Of a stretch of 64,000 bases of DNA, positions 1-12,200 are shown in pieces (the first letter of the stretch is position 1; every line of letters begins with the position of its first letter). The notes under the pieces are model-generated. The model had not been told where the DNA came from. It saw only the letters and a list, made by a program, of their open reading frames with translations, and made no database searches. Position numbers and translations under genes: made by a program. The stretch comes from Lama guanicoe (taxonomy: Eukaryota): NCBI GenBank assembly GCA_013239625.1, contig MU053334.1, positions 507,190 through 571,189 of the forward strand. Reading direction: 5' to 3'.

Positions 1-206
1 GCCCAGGACACCTCTCCGCTGCAGTCGACGTCTTTATTTTAGTAAATCTTTGTTTTGTTCACATGATCAGTGGGTGTCCAGTGCCTGCAGAAAGTGCAGA
101 CAAGCAGGCTGAGCCGGCGGCTGGGCCGTCAGCCCTCCTCTGTAGAGCCCAGGCCTGGGTACGGCCCTGGGGGGCCTGTCCTGACCCCCACTGTGTGCTT
201 CTCCAG

Positions 207-3200
207 GTCATCGTGGTCAAGGCCAGCGGGGAGGTGTTTGTGAACCAGATCTACACCCAGCTGCCCGTCTCCGCAGGTGAGCCCGCCTGCCCTGGTCACC
301 CCTCGAGGGTCTGGCCCCTCGCACCCCGCTGACACCTGGTCCTGTGTCCGCAGCCAACGTCACGCTCTTCAGACCCTCCACTTTCTTCATCATCGCCCAG
401 ACCCAGCTGGGCCTGCAGCTGGACATCCAGCTGGTGCCCCTCATGCAGGTGTACGTGAGGCTGGCGCCCGAGCTCCGGGGGCAGACCTGCGGTAAGAGGG
501 CCACTGCCCTGGCCACCAGAGCCCGCCCTCCGTGGCTGGGGCACACAGGGGCCTCATACTGCCTTCCCGTCCCCAGGCCTGTGTGGGAACTTCAACCAGA
601 ACCAGGCGGACGACTTCCGGACCATCAGCGGCGTGGTGGAGGGCACAGCCGCCGCCTTCGCCAACACCTGGAAGACCCAGGCCGCCTGCCGCAACGTCAA
701 GAACAGCTTCGAGGACCCCTGCTCCCTCAGCGTGGACAACGGTACGTGTGTCCGCAAGCCCCGCTGGCCCGCCTGGGCCAGAGGTCTGGGTGTGGGCTCT
801 GGCTGTCCACCCCAGCCCGAAGGGGGAGGTTAGGTGGTAAACCAGCAGGCCCGCCAACACGCAGCGACCTGGCCAGGTGGGTCTCGGAGGTGCAGGGTGC
901 TGGGGGGTCGGGGAGTGAGGCCCACCCCCCCCGTGCCTGCCACCAGGCTGGGGGCGCTCGGGAAGGAGCCTCAGAGCTGCTCACGCCTGGCCTAGTGCTT
1001 TAGATGGACCACCAGGGACGCGGGGTGAAAGGAAGTCTGCTCACCCGCAGGGAGCGCCCGTCTAACACGACTGTCCAGCCCCGCTGACCGTCCCTCCTCC
1101 TCTGTCCACAGAGAAATACGCTCAGCACTGGTGCTCGCAGCTGACCGACCCCCACGGCCCCTTCGCCCGGTGCCACGCCTCTGTGAACCCCAGCACTTAC
1201 TACTCGGTAATGCCACTCACCTGCCCCCTCCCTGGGCCATGCGGCCACCCTCAGGGTCCCCAGGGCTGTGGCAGCAGGGTCTGGGCTATTTGGTCTCTCT
1301 GGCTCTGTTCCCCCCACCCCCATTCACTCACTCACTCGCTGGCTCACGGCGAGGCTCCTGCAGCCGGCCTGAGGGTCCCCCAGAGAGCGCATAGCCCACC
1401 GGCCCGGGGCGTAAGTGAGAAACCAGTGGCAGCTGCGATGTTCTTGTGTCCGAGGCTGAACATAGAGGGCCGGACCGTTGGGTCACAGAGATGAGGGGCC
1501 CGGGTCCTCCCAGCACCTCTGCCCAGCAGGGGGCTTGGCTCCAAGACGCGCTGTGCGATTTCTGCAGAGGGACGTTCAGGGAGGGGTCCTGGAGAGGCAG
1601 GAGCTCCGGCAGATCAGGGGCTGCTCACCCTTGGGGGGCTGGGCTCCCTGACGTCCCGACCCCCTGACATCCCCGCAGAACTGCATGTTCGACACGTGCA
1701 ACTGTGAGAAGAGTGAGGACTGCATGTGCGCCGCCCTTTCCTCCTACGTGCGGGCCTGCGCCGCCAAGGGCGTGCTGCTGAGCGGCTGGCGGGACGGCGT
1801 GTGCAGTGAGTGCGCGGGGAGCGGGGCGGGCCCTGCAGTGGATGCTCCAGGGGCCCCTGTCCTCACAGTCAAGCTCACAGTCCACGGAGCGCCCAGGCCA
1901 GGGTCCCCAGGACTCCAGCTAGGACCATGGGCCTGGCGGGGACAGGGGAGCCAGGGTCCTGGGCGATGGCCGCTGGCTCTGTCCTGAGTGCTGCCTCTTC
2001 CTGGCATTCTGCAGCAAAGCCCACAGCCACCTGTCCCGAGTCGATGACCTACCACTACCACATCAGCACCTGCCAGCCCACCTGCCGGGCCCGGAGCGAC
2101 GAGGACGTCACCTGCAGCATCAGCTTCGTCCCTGTGGACGGCTGTACCTGCCCCCATGAAACCTTCCTGGACGACACGGGCAAGTGTGTGCCGGCCACCA
2201 GCTGTCCCTGCTACCACGGGGGCTCCATGGTTCCCAACGGGGAGTCGCTGCATGAGAGCGGGGTCATCTGGTAAGAGCCCCTGCCGAGCGGGTGGGGTGG
2301 GCCAGCTGGGGAGGCCCTCTGACCGCCCTCTCCTTGCAGCTCCTGCACCCAGGGCACGCTGGCCTGCATCGGAGGCTACTCCCCGGCTCCAGGTGAGCCC
2401 AGGGGTGCGGGGGAGGGGCTCTTGGTGACCTGCACGTGAAGCTATGGTCCGTGGGGGGTGTGGGGGCTTAGATGCCCCCAAGTCAGCGAGGCTGGTGGGC
2501 ATTGGCCCGCGTCTCTGCCGCGCCTGGTCTGTGCCCTCTGGGCTCCACAAGAGCGCGCACAGCACGGCAGCACACGCACACGCCAGCCCCAGGGCGGCAG
2601 CCACCACCGTCAGGAGACACGCCCCTCAGAGCCAGCCCGGTGGTCCCCTGATGCCCCCTCCCTCCCCAGCCTGTGCCTCCCCCATGATCTACTCGGACTG
2701 CCGCAACGCCACGCCCGGGGCCGCAGGGGCCGGCTGTCAGAAGAGCTGCCACACGCTGGACATGGACTGTGTAAGTGCCCCGATGACCCCACACCTGCTC
2801 GGGCCTCGTGGGCTCCTGTGAAGAGGCCCACCAGGTGGGCCCTAAGAGGACCCTGCCTGAAGCTGCCGGGCCCGCTGTCCCTGTGGCCCCCCCCCGCCCC
2901 CCGCCCCCCCCGGCCCACCGAGTGGAGTCCGCCCCGCACCCCAGTGCGTGCCCGGCTGCGTGTGTCCCAACGGGCTGGTGGCCGACGGCGAAGGCGGCTG
3001 CATCCCTGCGTCCGACTGCCCCTGCGTGCACAACGAAGCCAGCTACCAGGCCGGCCAGACCATCCGGGTGGGCTGCAACACCTGGTACGCCTGGGGGCTC
3101 AGAGCCCAACCTGGGGGGCAGGCCCCTGGAGCCTCAGGGAGGGAGGCTTTGGCCTGATGAGCGCCCCATCCCTCCCCAGCACCTGTAAGAGCAGGATGTG

Positions 3201-6200
3201 GCAGTGCACGGACGAGCCCTGCCTGGCCACCTGCGCCGTGTATGGGGACGGCCACTATCTCACCTTCGATGGGCAGCGCTACAGCTTCAGCGGGGACTGC
3301 GCATACACGCTGGCCCAGGTACGGTGCGCGGTCAGACCCTCCTAGACACCCCCCACCCTGCCCCTGGCCTCGCCCCTGGGACAGCCCTCCTCCCCCCACA
3401 CAGGACCACTGCGGCGGGAACGGCAGTGCTCAGGACGGCTTCCGTGTCGTCACTGAGAACATCCCCTGTGGCACTACGGGGACCACCTGCTCCAAGGCCA
3501 TCAAAGTCTTCCTGGGGGTGAGTGGGGCCCGGGGGGAGCCCCTGGGAAGGCTGTACTCCCAAGACAGGGGCCGTGGGGCCACGAGCCGACTCGGAAGGTG
3601 GCAGGGTCCTCGTCCAGAGCCTCACTGGCCCTGCCCCGCACAGAGCTACGAGCTGAAGCTGAGTGACGGCAAAGCGGAGGTGATCGAGAAGGACCCGGGG
3701 CAGCAGCCGCCCTTCTCCATCCGCCAGATGGGCATCTACCTGGTGGTGGACACGGAGGTCGGCCTGGTGCTGTTGTGGGACAAGAGGACCAGCATCTTCC
3801 TCATACTCAGCCCCGAGTTCAAGGTGGGCCCCCTGGGAGGCCGCCGCCCTCACCCCAGGCCCAGGGTCGGCTGGGAGCAGGGGTGCAGTGGGGGAGAGAC
3901 AGACGGAAAGACAGAGGCAGAGAGGGAGGCAGACAGACAGGGAGGGACAGAGCGGCAGCAGGAGCCGCCACACACTGCCGGCCCCCTGCTCTCACAGCTC
4001 TGGACACCGGAAGTCCAGTCAAGGTGTCCTGGGGCCGCATTCCCTCCCAAGGCTCTGGGGGAGGGTTCCTCCCGCCTCCTCCAGCTCCCGCGGCCCCGGT
4101 CACCCCGTCACCCCAACCTCTGCCTCCGGGTACTGTCTTCACTCTGTCTGTGTCCACATGTCCCCTGTCCTTTAGGGGTGCAGGCACCGGCCCAGCCGCC
4201 CCAGCGCAGGGCGCCCTCCTCTCAGCTCGCTCTCGCCCGCAGAGACGCTCTTCCCTCGCGGGGCCGCGCTCCTGGGTGTCGGGTCAGGACCCGAGCCCGG
4301 CTCGGGGGGACAGCTCGTAGCCCACTTTGCTGTCTCCCCCGTGCGCTCGCCTCCAGAGAGACTTGGGCGCCCGGTGGGGCTGCTCTGGGGGAGCTGTGGG
4401 CCCCGTGGATGGGGGTGAATGGGGTCACAGGGCCCTGAGCCTGAGCCCTCGTCTCTGCATCCACAGGGGAGGGTCTGCGGGCTGTGCGGGAACTTTGATG
4501 ACAACGCCCTCAATGACCTCACCACGCGGAGCCAGTCCGTGGTGGGCGACGTGCTGGAGTTTGGCAACAGCTGGAAGTTCTCCCCGTCCTGCCCGGACGC
4601 CCAGGACCCCGAGGACCCCTGCACGGCCAATCCGTACCGCAAGTCCTGGGCCCAGAAGCAGTGCAGCATCATCAGCGGGGACGCCTTCAGCGCCTGCCAT
4701 GCCCACGTACGTGGGGCGCTCCTCCGGGCCCCTGGGGAGGAAGGGACAGGGTGGGGGCCCAGCGGCTCCTCGCCACCCTCCGGGGCCACCTGTCTGGCCG
4801 GCCACGTGGGACCTGAGCTCCAGGGAAATTGGCCCAGGCCGACACCAAGCCACGCCAGTCCCCGAGAGCCATGGGGAGGGCGGGCCTGGCGCCTGAAGCC
4901 TCTTCTCCGCAGGTGGAGCCGGCCAGGTACTACGAGGCCTGCGTGAGCGACGCCTGCGCCTGTGACTCTGGGGGCGACTGCGAGTGCTTCTGCACGGCCG
5001 TGGCCGCCTACGCCCGGGCCTGCCACGAAGCGGGCGTGTGCGTGTCCTGGCGGACCCCGGACGTCTGCCGTGAGTGCCCACGGACGCGTCCATCAGGGCA
5101 GGACGGGGACACAGGCAGTGACGAGAACTGTGTTGAATGCGGGAGGGGTGGGAGGGCTTGAAGGGGATCCGCCGAGCTCCCCCAACCCTGCGGAGCCGGG
5201 CGGAGGGGGCGGAGCTGGGGGCAGCTCCGGCTGAAGTCCCCCGCCTCAAGGTGCCGCGTCCCTGAGAAGCCCGCTGACCACGCTCCTTGCCGCCCCCTGT
5301 GGCCCGCAGACCCCCGCCCCCGAGGCCACGTCCACAGGCACAGGGGAGGGATGCGTCTTTAGAACGGCTCGTGGTCAAGGATTGGGACACGGGGAGCCCC
5401 CAGGCTGTCCTCCAAGGGCGGCACTCGCGCCTGGCCCTGAGCCCCCTGCCCCCTCCCCGCAGCTCTCTTCTGCGACTACTACAACCCCCAGGGCCAGTGC
5501 GAGTGGCACTACCTTCCCTGCGGCGCCCCCTGCCTGAAGACCTGCCGGAACCCCAGCGGCCAGTGCCTGCACAGCGTGCACGGCCTGGAAGGTGGGCTGC
5601 TGCCCTGCTGGCTGGGAGGGGCGGCCCAGGGGCCCGGGGGGCGGGGTCTGTCCTGGGGGTCCTCTGACCCCCCGTGGTGCCTGTGCAGCTGTAGCCTTGA
5701 GCCCCCCGCAGCGTCGTGGGCGACGTCCAGGGCTGGGGACTGAGTGGAGGTGGGAGGTGGGGGATCAGGTGATGTGCAGTTCGTCTGGCTGGGACTCAGG
5801 CCTCTCTGGCCCACAGGCTGCTACCCCAAGTGCCCACCAGAGGCCCCCATCTTTGACGAGGACCAGATGCAGTGTGTGGCGTCCTGCCCGACCCCACCCC
5901 CACCGCCGCCCTGCCGCGTCCAGGGCAAGTCCTACCGGCCTGGCTCAGCCGTGCCCTCGGATGAGAACTGCCACTCCTGGTGAGTCCTTGGCTGGAGTTG
6001 AGAGGAGCCTGGAGCACGTGGGGGGTTCTCCCGGCCCCCTGCCATTGGGGAAAGGCCCCACCAGCCACCTCCCAGGAGAGCCTCCTCCCTTGAGGGCCGG
6101 GAGGAGCCCTCCAGCCTGGGTTTGCTGTGGACCCCACAGTGGGGTCCACCGAGGAGCTTCCTTGCTGCAGGATGAGGCTGGGGGACCTGTGGGGTGAAGG

Positions 6201-9200
6201 AAGGGGGCAGAGGGGAAGCTGAAACGTGACACCCACCGAGGATCCCCAAGACAGACACCCTTGAGAGGCAGTGGCCGTCAGAAGGCCCGAGGGGCTCTCT
6301 GGCCATGCTGGAACCGGCCTCCTCTGGTCACTGACTGGAGGGTCCCCCTGACGGGGTGTGACCCCACTGGCCTGCCCGCCCCGGCACGGGGCTTGCCCTA
6401 CGCCCCAGACTCGCCTGCTTTCTTCTGTTGCCAGCATTTGCACTGAGAGCGGCGTGCGCTGCACCTATGACTCGGACGGTGAGCAGGGGTGGCACTCCTC
6501 GTCTGGGGTCCCGGGTCCCCGCCTGCCCCCCAGCCCCTGACCGCCAGCTCCCTGCTCCCCTCAGCCTGTGTCTGCACCTACGGCGGCCAGCACTTCCGTC
6601 CCGGGGACGTCATCTACCACACGGCAGACGGCACAGGGGGCTGCATCTCCGCCCGCTGCGGGGCCAACGGCACCATCGAGAGGAGGATCTACGCCTGCAG
6701 CTCTACCTCCCCCACCCCGCAAACCACCTTCTCCTTCTCTACGCCGCTCGGTAAGGTGGACACGCTGGGTACCAGGCAGGGCTGCCCCTCGCCTGGGAGT
6801 GAGGAAGGGGCCGGGACGGCCAGCGGGCGTGTCCCTGGGCCAGCCTCCCCGCAGCCGGGAAGGGCCAGCCTCCTCCAGGCTCCCTGGCAGGACCCACGCC
6901 CTCGGTCGTGCTCTCAGGGCTGAGGCTCCCAGCACGGGGCAGGGGCTGCGAGCAGAGGCTCCCCAGGCTGGCCCCCAGGGCGAGGACCACCTGGGAGCCC
7001 CTGCCCAGGTGCGCTGCCATCCAGTCTTCTTCCGTCACGCACGTGCCAGGCGCCTCGAGGCTTTACCCTCTTCCGGGGCATCTTGGGGCCGTACCAGAGC
7101 TTCCCCAAACGTCGGAGAGCCCCTGTCCCTTTGGCTTTTGGGGCCACACATGCAGATTCTGGGAACAGGCTTCCCTTAGGCGAGCCCAGCTCGCCTCCTG
7201 GCTCAGCTGCGGTGAGCGCCACAGCTGCACGGCCCAGGGCCCCAGGGCCTCCCCCAGCTCCCATCGTGGGCGGAGACACACAGGCAGACAGACGTGGTGA
7301 GGCCTCCAGGCAGCTGACGGAAGAGGCAGGGCGGGGTGGCCTCAAGGACTCGGGGAGCCGTGTCCTGATGCCTGGCCTTTCCGCTGTCTCTTGCCCTCAG
7401 TCCTGAGCCCGACGCCTCCACCTGGCATGAGCCCCAGCCCTGACGAGAGCACGGCACACACCCCGAGCAGCACCCCATCCACCGCCCCGGGCACGTCCCC
7501 GAGAACGCCGCCTTCAGTAACCACCCCCTTGCCCACCCTGGGCTGTGAGCAGCAGTGCCAGTGGTCGCAGTGGCTGGACGTCAGCCGTCCAGGACGGGGC
7601 ACAGACAGCGGGGACTTCGACACACTGGAGAACCTCCGTGCCCACGGGTACCAGGTTTGCCGAGCACCGAGGCAGGTGGAGTGCCGGGCCGAGGGCGCCG
7701 CTGGGGTGCCACTCCAAGTCCTGGGGCAGCACGTGCAGTGCAGCCCACAGGTGGGGCTGACTTGCTACAACAGGGACCAGGCTTCTGGGCTCTGTGAAAA
7801 CTACCAGATCAGGATCCTGTGCTGCTCCCCCGAGGACTGCACAATCAGCAGCACCACCTCTCCTGTCACCTCCAGGACTAGCACCACACCTGCCCCAGGT
7901 TCCACCACACCTGCCCCAGGTTCCACCACACCTGCCCCAGGTTCCACCACACCTGCCCCAGGTACCACCACACCTGCCCCAGGTTCCACCACACCTGCCC
8001 CAGGTACCACCACACCTGCCCCAGGTCCCAATACACCTGTCCCAGGTACCACTACAACTGTAAAAAGAATCCTCTCGACTTCCAGCCCAATGTTAGTTTC
8101 AACAGTTTCAACCACAACCTCTGTGCCGACCACAGCCCCGGGGACCTCCAGTCCCCCTGGCACATCTACGCTCAGCGACAACCTCTGTCTGCGAGAATTA
8201 TGCACTTGGACTGAGTGGATTGATGGCAGCTATCCTGGATCAGAGAGAAACAGTGGAGATTTTGACACTTTTCAGAATCTGAGATCCAAAGGATATAAAT
8301 TCTGTGCAAATCCCAGGAACGTGGAGTGCAGGGCAGAGCGCTTCCCGAACACCCCGCTGCAGGACCTGGGGCAGGACCTGATCTGTGACAAGACGGTGGG
8401 GCTGATATGCCGCAACGAGGACCAGCTGCCCCCAATTTGCTACAACTATGAAATCCGGATCCTATGCTGTGAGGTGGTAAATGTGTGCACGACAAACACC
8501 TCCCCCTCCACCGTGCCCGGGGCCACGCCCTGGACCACACGCGAAACCAGCGCTGCCCGGACCACCGTGCTGCCCTCGCCTTCCACCCTACACAGCAGCA
8601 CCAGCTCCCCACCCGTGTCCCCAGCAAGCAGGGTCATCCCCAGCACACATGAGCCCTCCCCACCTGGGACCAGCACAACCTCTGCTCCGACGACCAGCAC
8701 GACCTCCGCGCGGACCACCGGCCCCCCCTCGGCTCCGACGACCAGCACGACCTCCGAGCGGACCACCGGCCCCCCCTCCGCTCCGACGACCAGCACGACC
8801 TCCGCGCGGACCACCGGCCCCCCCTCGGCTCCGACGACCAGCACGACCTCCGAGCGGACCACCGGCCCCCCCTCCGCTCCGACGACCAGCACGACCTCCG
8901 CGCGGACCACCGGCCCCCCCTCGGCTCCGACGACCAGCACGACCTCCGAGCGGACCACCGGCCCCCCCTCCGCTCCGACGACCAGCACGACCTCCGCGCG
9001 GACCACCGGCCCCCCCTCGGCTCCGACGACCAGCACGACCTCCGAGCGGACCACCGGCCCCCCCTCCGCTCCGACGACCAGCACGACCTCCGCGCGGACC
9101 ACCGGCCCCCCCTCGGCTCCGACGACCAGCACGACCTCCGAGCGGACCACCGGCCCCCCCTCCGCTCCGACGACCAGCACGACCTCCGCGCGGACCACCG

Positions 9201-12200
9201 GCCCCCCCTCGGCTCCGACGACCAGCACGACCTCCGAGCGGACCACCGGCCCCCCCTCCGCTCCGACGACCAGCACGACCTCCGCGCGGACCACCGGCCC
9301 CCCCTCGGCTCCGACGACCAGCACGACCTCCGAGCGGACCACCGGCCCCCCCTCCGCTCCGACGACCAGCACGACCTCCGCGCGGACCACCGGCCCCCCC
9401 TCGGCTCCGACGACCAGCACGACCTCCGAGCGGACCACCGGCCCCCCCTCCGCTCCGACGACCAGCACGACCTCCGCGCGGACCACCGGCCCCCCCTCGG
9501 CTCCGACGACCAGCACGACCTCCGAGCGGACCACCGGCCCCCCCTCCGCTCCGACGACCAGCACGACCTCCGCGCGGACCACCGGCCCCCCCTCGGCTCC
9601 GACGACCAGCACGACCTCCGAGCGGACCACCGGCCCCCCCTCCGCTCCGACGACCAGCACGACCTCCGCGCGGACCACCGGCCCCCCCTCGGCTCCGACG
9701 ACCAGCACGACCTCCGAGCGGACCACCGGCCCCCCCTCCGCTCCGACGACCAGCACGACCTCCGCGCGGACCACCGGCCCCCCCTCGGCTCCGACGACCA
9801 GCACGACCTCCGAGCGGACCACCGGCCCCCCCTCCGCTCCGACGACCAGCACGACCTCCGCGCGGACCACCGGCCCCCCCTCGGCTCCGACGACCAGCAC
9901 GACCTCCGAGCGGACCACCGGCCCCCCCTCCGCTCCGACGACCAGCACGACCTCCGCGCGGACCACCGGCCCCCCCTCGGCTCCGACGACCAGCACGACC
10001 TCCGAGCGGACCACCGGCCCCCCCTCCGCTCCGACGACCAGCACGACCTCCGCGCGGACCACCGGCCCCCCCTCGGCTCCGACGACCAGCACGACCTCCG
10101 AGCGGACCACCGGCCCCCCCTCCGCTCCGACGACCAGCACGACCTCCGCGCGGACCACCGGCCCCCCCTCGGCTCCGACGACCAGCACGACCTCCGAGCG
10201 GACCACCGGCCCCCCCTCCGCTCCGACGACCAGCACGACCTCTGCACGGACCACCGGCCCTCCCTCCGCTCCGACGACCAGCACGACCCCTGTCCCTACA
10301 CCTGGGACTCCCTACTCCACATCCGGGGCCACCACCTGCCTGCCACAGTGCGCGTGGACCAAGTGGTTCGATGTGGACGTCCCATCCCCTGGGCCCGATG
10401 GAGGAGACTCTGAAACCTACAGCAACATCACCAGAAGAGGAGAGAAGATCTGCCACCGACCCGAGCACATCGCCCAACTGGAGTGCCGAGCGGAGAGCCA
10501 CCCGGAAGTCAGCATCGCCGCGCTGGGCCAGGTGGTGCAGTGCAACCCCAAAGTGGGCCTGGTGTGCCGGAACCGGGACCAGAGCAGCCCGTTCACGACG
10601 TGCTTCAACTACCAGATCCGAGTGCTGTGCTGTGAGCCCCCGAAAGGCTGCCCTGTCCCTTCTGTGACCCCCTTTGTGACTTTATCCAAGACTCCTCTGT
10701 CCCCAGAGTCCACCACCACGGTGTCCTCAGTGACACCGCCCAGCTCCACGGAGCCCTCCACCACAACGTGCTACTGCAGCGTGTCCGGCAATTTCTACCC
10801 TGCGGGTACGTGGCTCCTGCCCACGGTGTCTGGTGTGTGCTGACCCTGCTGGCTGCTGTCCTGTTCTCAGAGCTACTGTGTGAGGGGAGGGGGGGAGGGG
10901 TCCCCTGTTCTGTGACCGGGCCTGGGGCTGTGGACAGGGTCAGAAGTAGCTGTCACTGAGGATATGCCCTTCGTATCTGAGTAAAGGCCACCTGCCGGGC
11001 CAGCCACCGAGCTGACCACCAGCCCGAGCCCCTCCTGCTGGGTCCCCTGCTCTGCCTGGACCACCTGTCCCTTTGTCCTGCAGGGTCCATCATTTACCAG
11101 CAGACCGACCTCTCCGGCCACTGCTATTACGCCGTGTGCAGTCTGGACTGCCATGTGGTCAGGCGGACTGACCACACCTGTCCCACCAGCACTCCATCTC
11201 TTGCCCCGACCACCTCCCCACCCCGGTCCTCCCCGTCTACGTCGGTGCCTCCGGAGGGATGCCCAAATGCAGTGCCCCCAAGGACGGTAATCCCACCTTT
11301 CCTGCCGCGCCTGGGCCCAGGGGCGCATGCGGGGACCCCCCGCGTCTTCCCCATTAGGCCGTGGCACCACGTGTGCGTGGAGGTCGGTGCCTCCCGGACC
11401 GAGTCAGGCTGCCCATGGGGAGAGGCCGTTTCTGGTCGCCCAGAACTTCTGGAATGGGATGCCAGGGCGTGGGGTCCAGGGTTCAGACTCTGCTTTCTGA
11501 CAAGGGGGCCAGAGCAGGCAGGGGGTGCTCTGGGCAGGGTCGACAGCCAAGGAGCGGAGTCCGGGTAGTCTGCACGTGGGGAGCAGGTTGCAACTGGGCA
11601 GAGTGGGGAGGGGGCAACCTGCACCCACTCAGAGACCCTCCCTCCAGTGGTGACGCGGAGGGAACAGTCGGTGGGGGGTGCCGGTCCCAGCCCCGGTGTC
11701 CCTGCTGGCCTCTCTCTCCGGGGAGGCCCAGGCCAGCTCTGAGCCCTGAGGGTCGGCGCCGGGTCGGGAGCGAGGCCCTGCAGCTGTCCTTCCTCCGCAG
11801 GAAGGCGAGACCTGGGCCATGCCCAACTGCTCTCAGGCCACCTGCAAGGGCAATGGGGTCATCACTGTGAGGCCGCGCCAGTGCCCAGCGGTGAAGAAGC
11901 TGACCTGCGCCAACGGCTACCCCCCCGTGAGCGTGGCTGACGACGAGGGCTGCTGCTTAAGCCACTACGAGTGCCAATGTGAGCCCGGCGGGCGGGCGGG
12001 CAGAGAAGGGGGCTCCGCTAAGGCGGGACAGGATCTCGGGCCCGGGAAGGACTCCCCAGCATCGGGGCAGAGGTCACGGTGCCCGGCCTCCTCCCGGGGT
12101 GCCCAGCGGAACCCTGCCCGAGCCCAGAGCCCCCGGGGCCGCGCGGGGTGGGTGAAGAGGGAGGGAGTCTGGTCCCGCCCCTCGGGCCGCGCTTGCACCT

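Noticed and set aside
428..452. 25-nt identity with MUC5B 42167-42191 as another conversion tract
   Set aside because: Short, wholly coding (QLVPLMQV) with preferred codons; explainable by constraint.
8690..10297. CRISPR-like or satellite interpretation of the regular array
   Set aside because: No unique spacers; it is an in-frame coding mucin repeat in a eukaryotic exon.
8446..10667. Long alternative-frame and antisense ORFs over the MUC5AC array (537-728 aa)
   Set aside because: They arise because the GC-rich repeat unit has no stop codons in those frames; only the Thr/Ser/Pro frame joins the CysD domains and splice sites.
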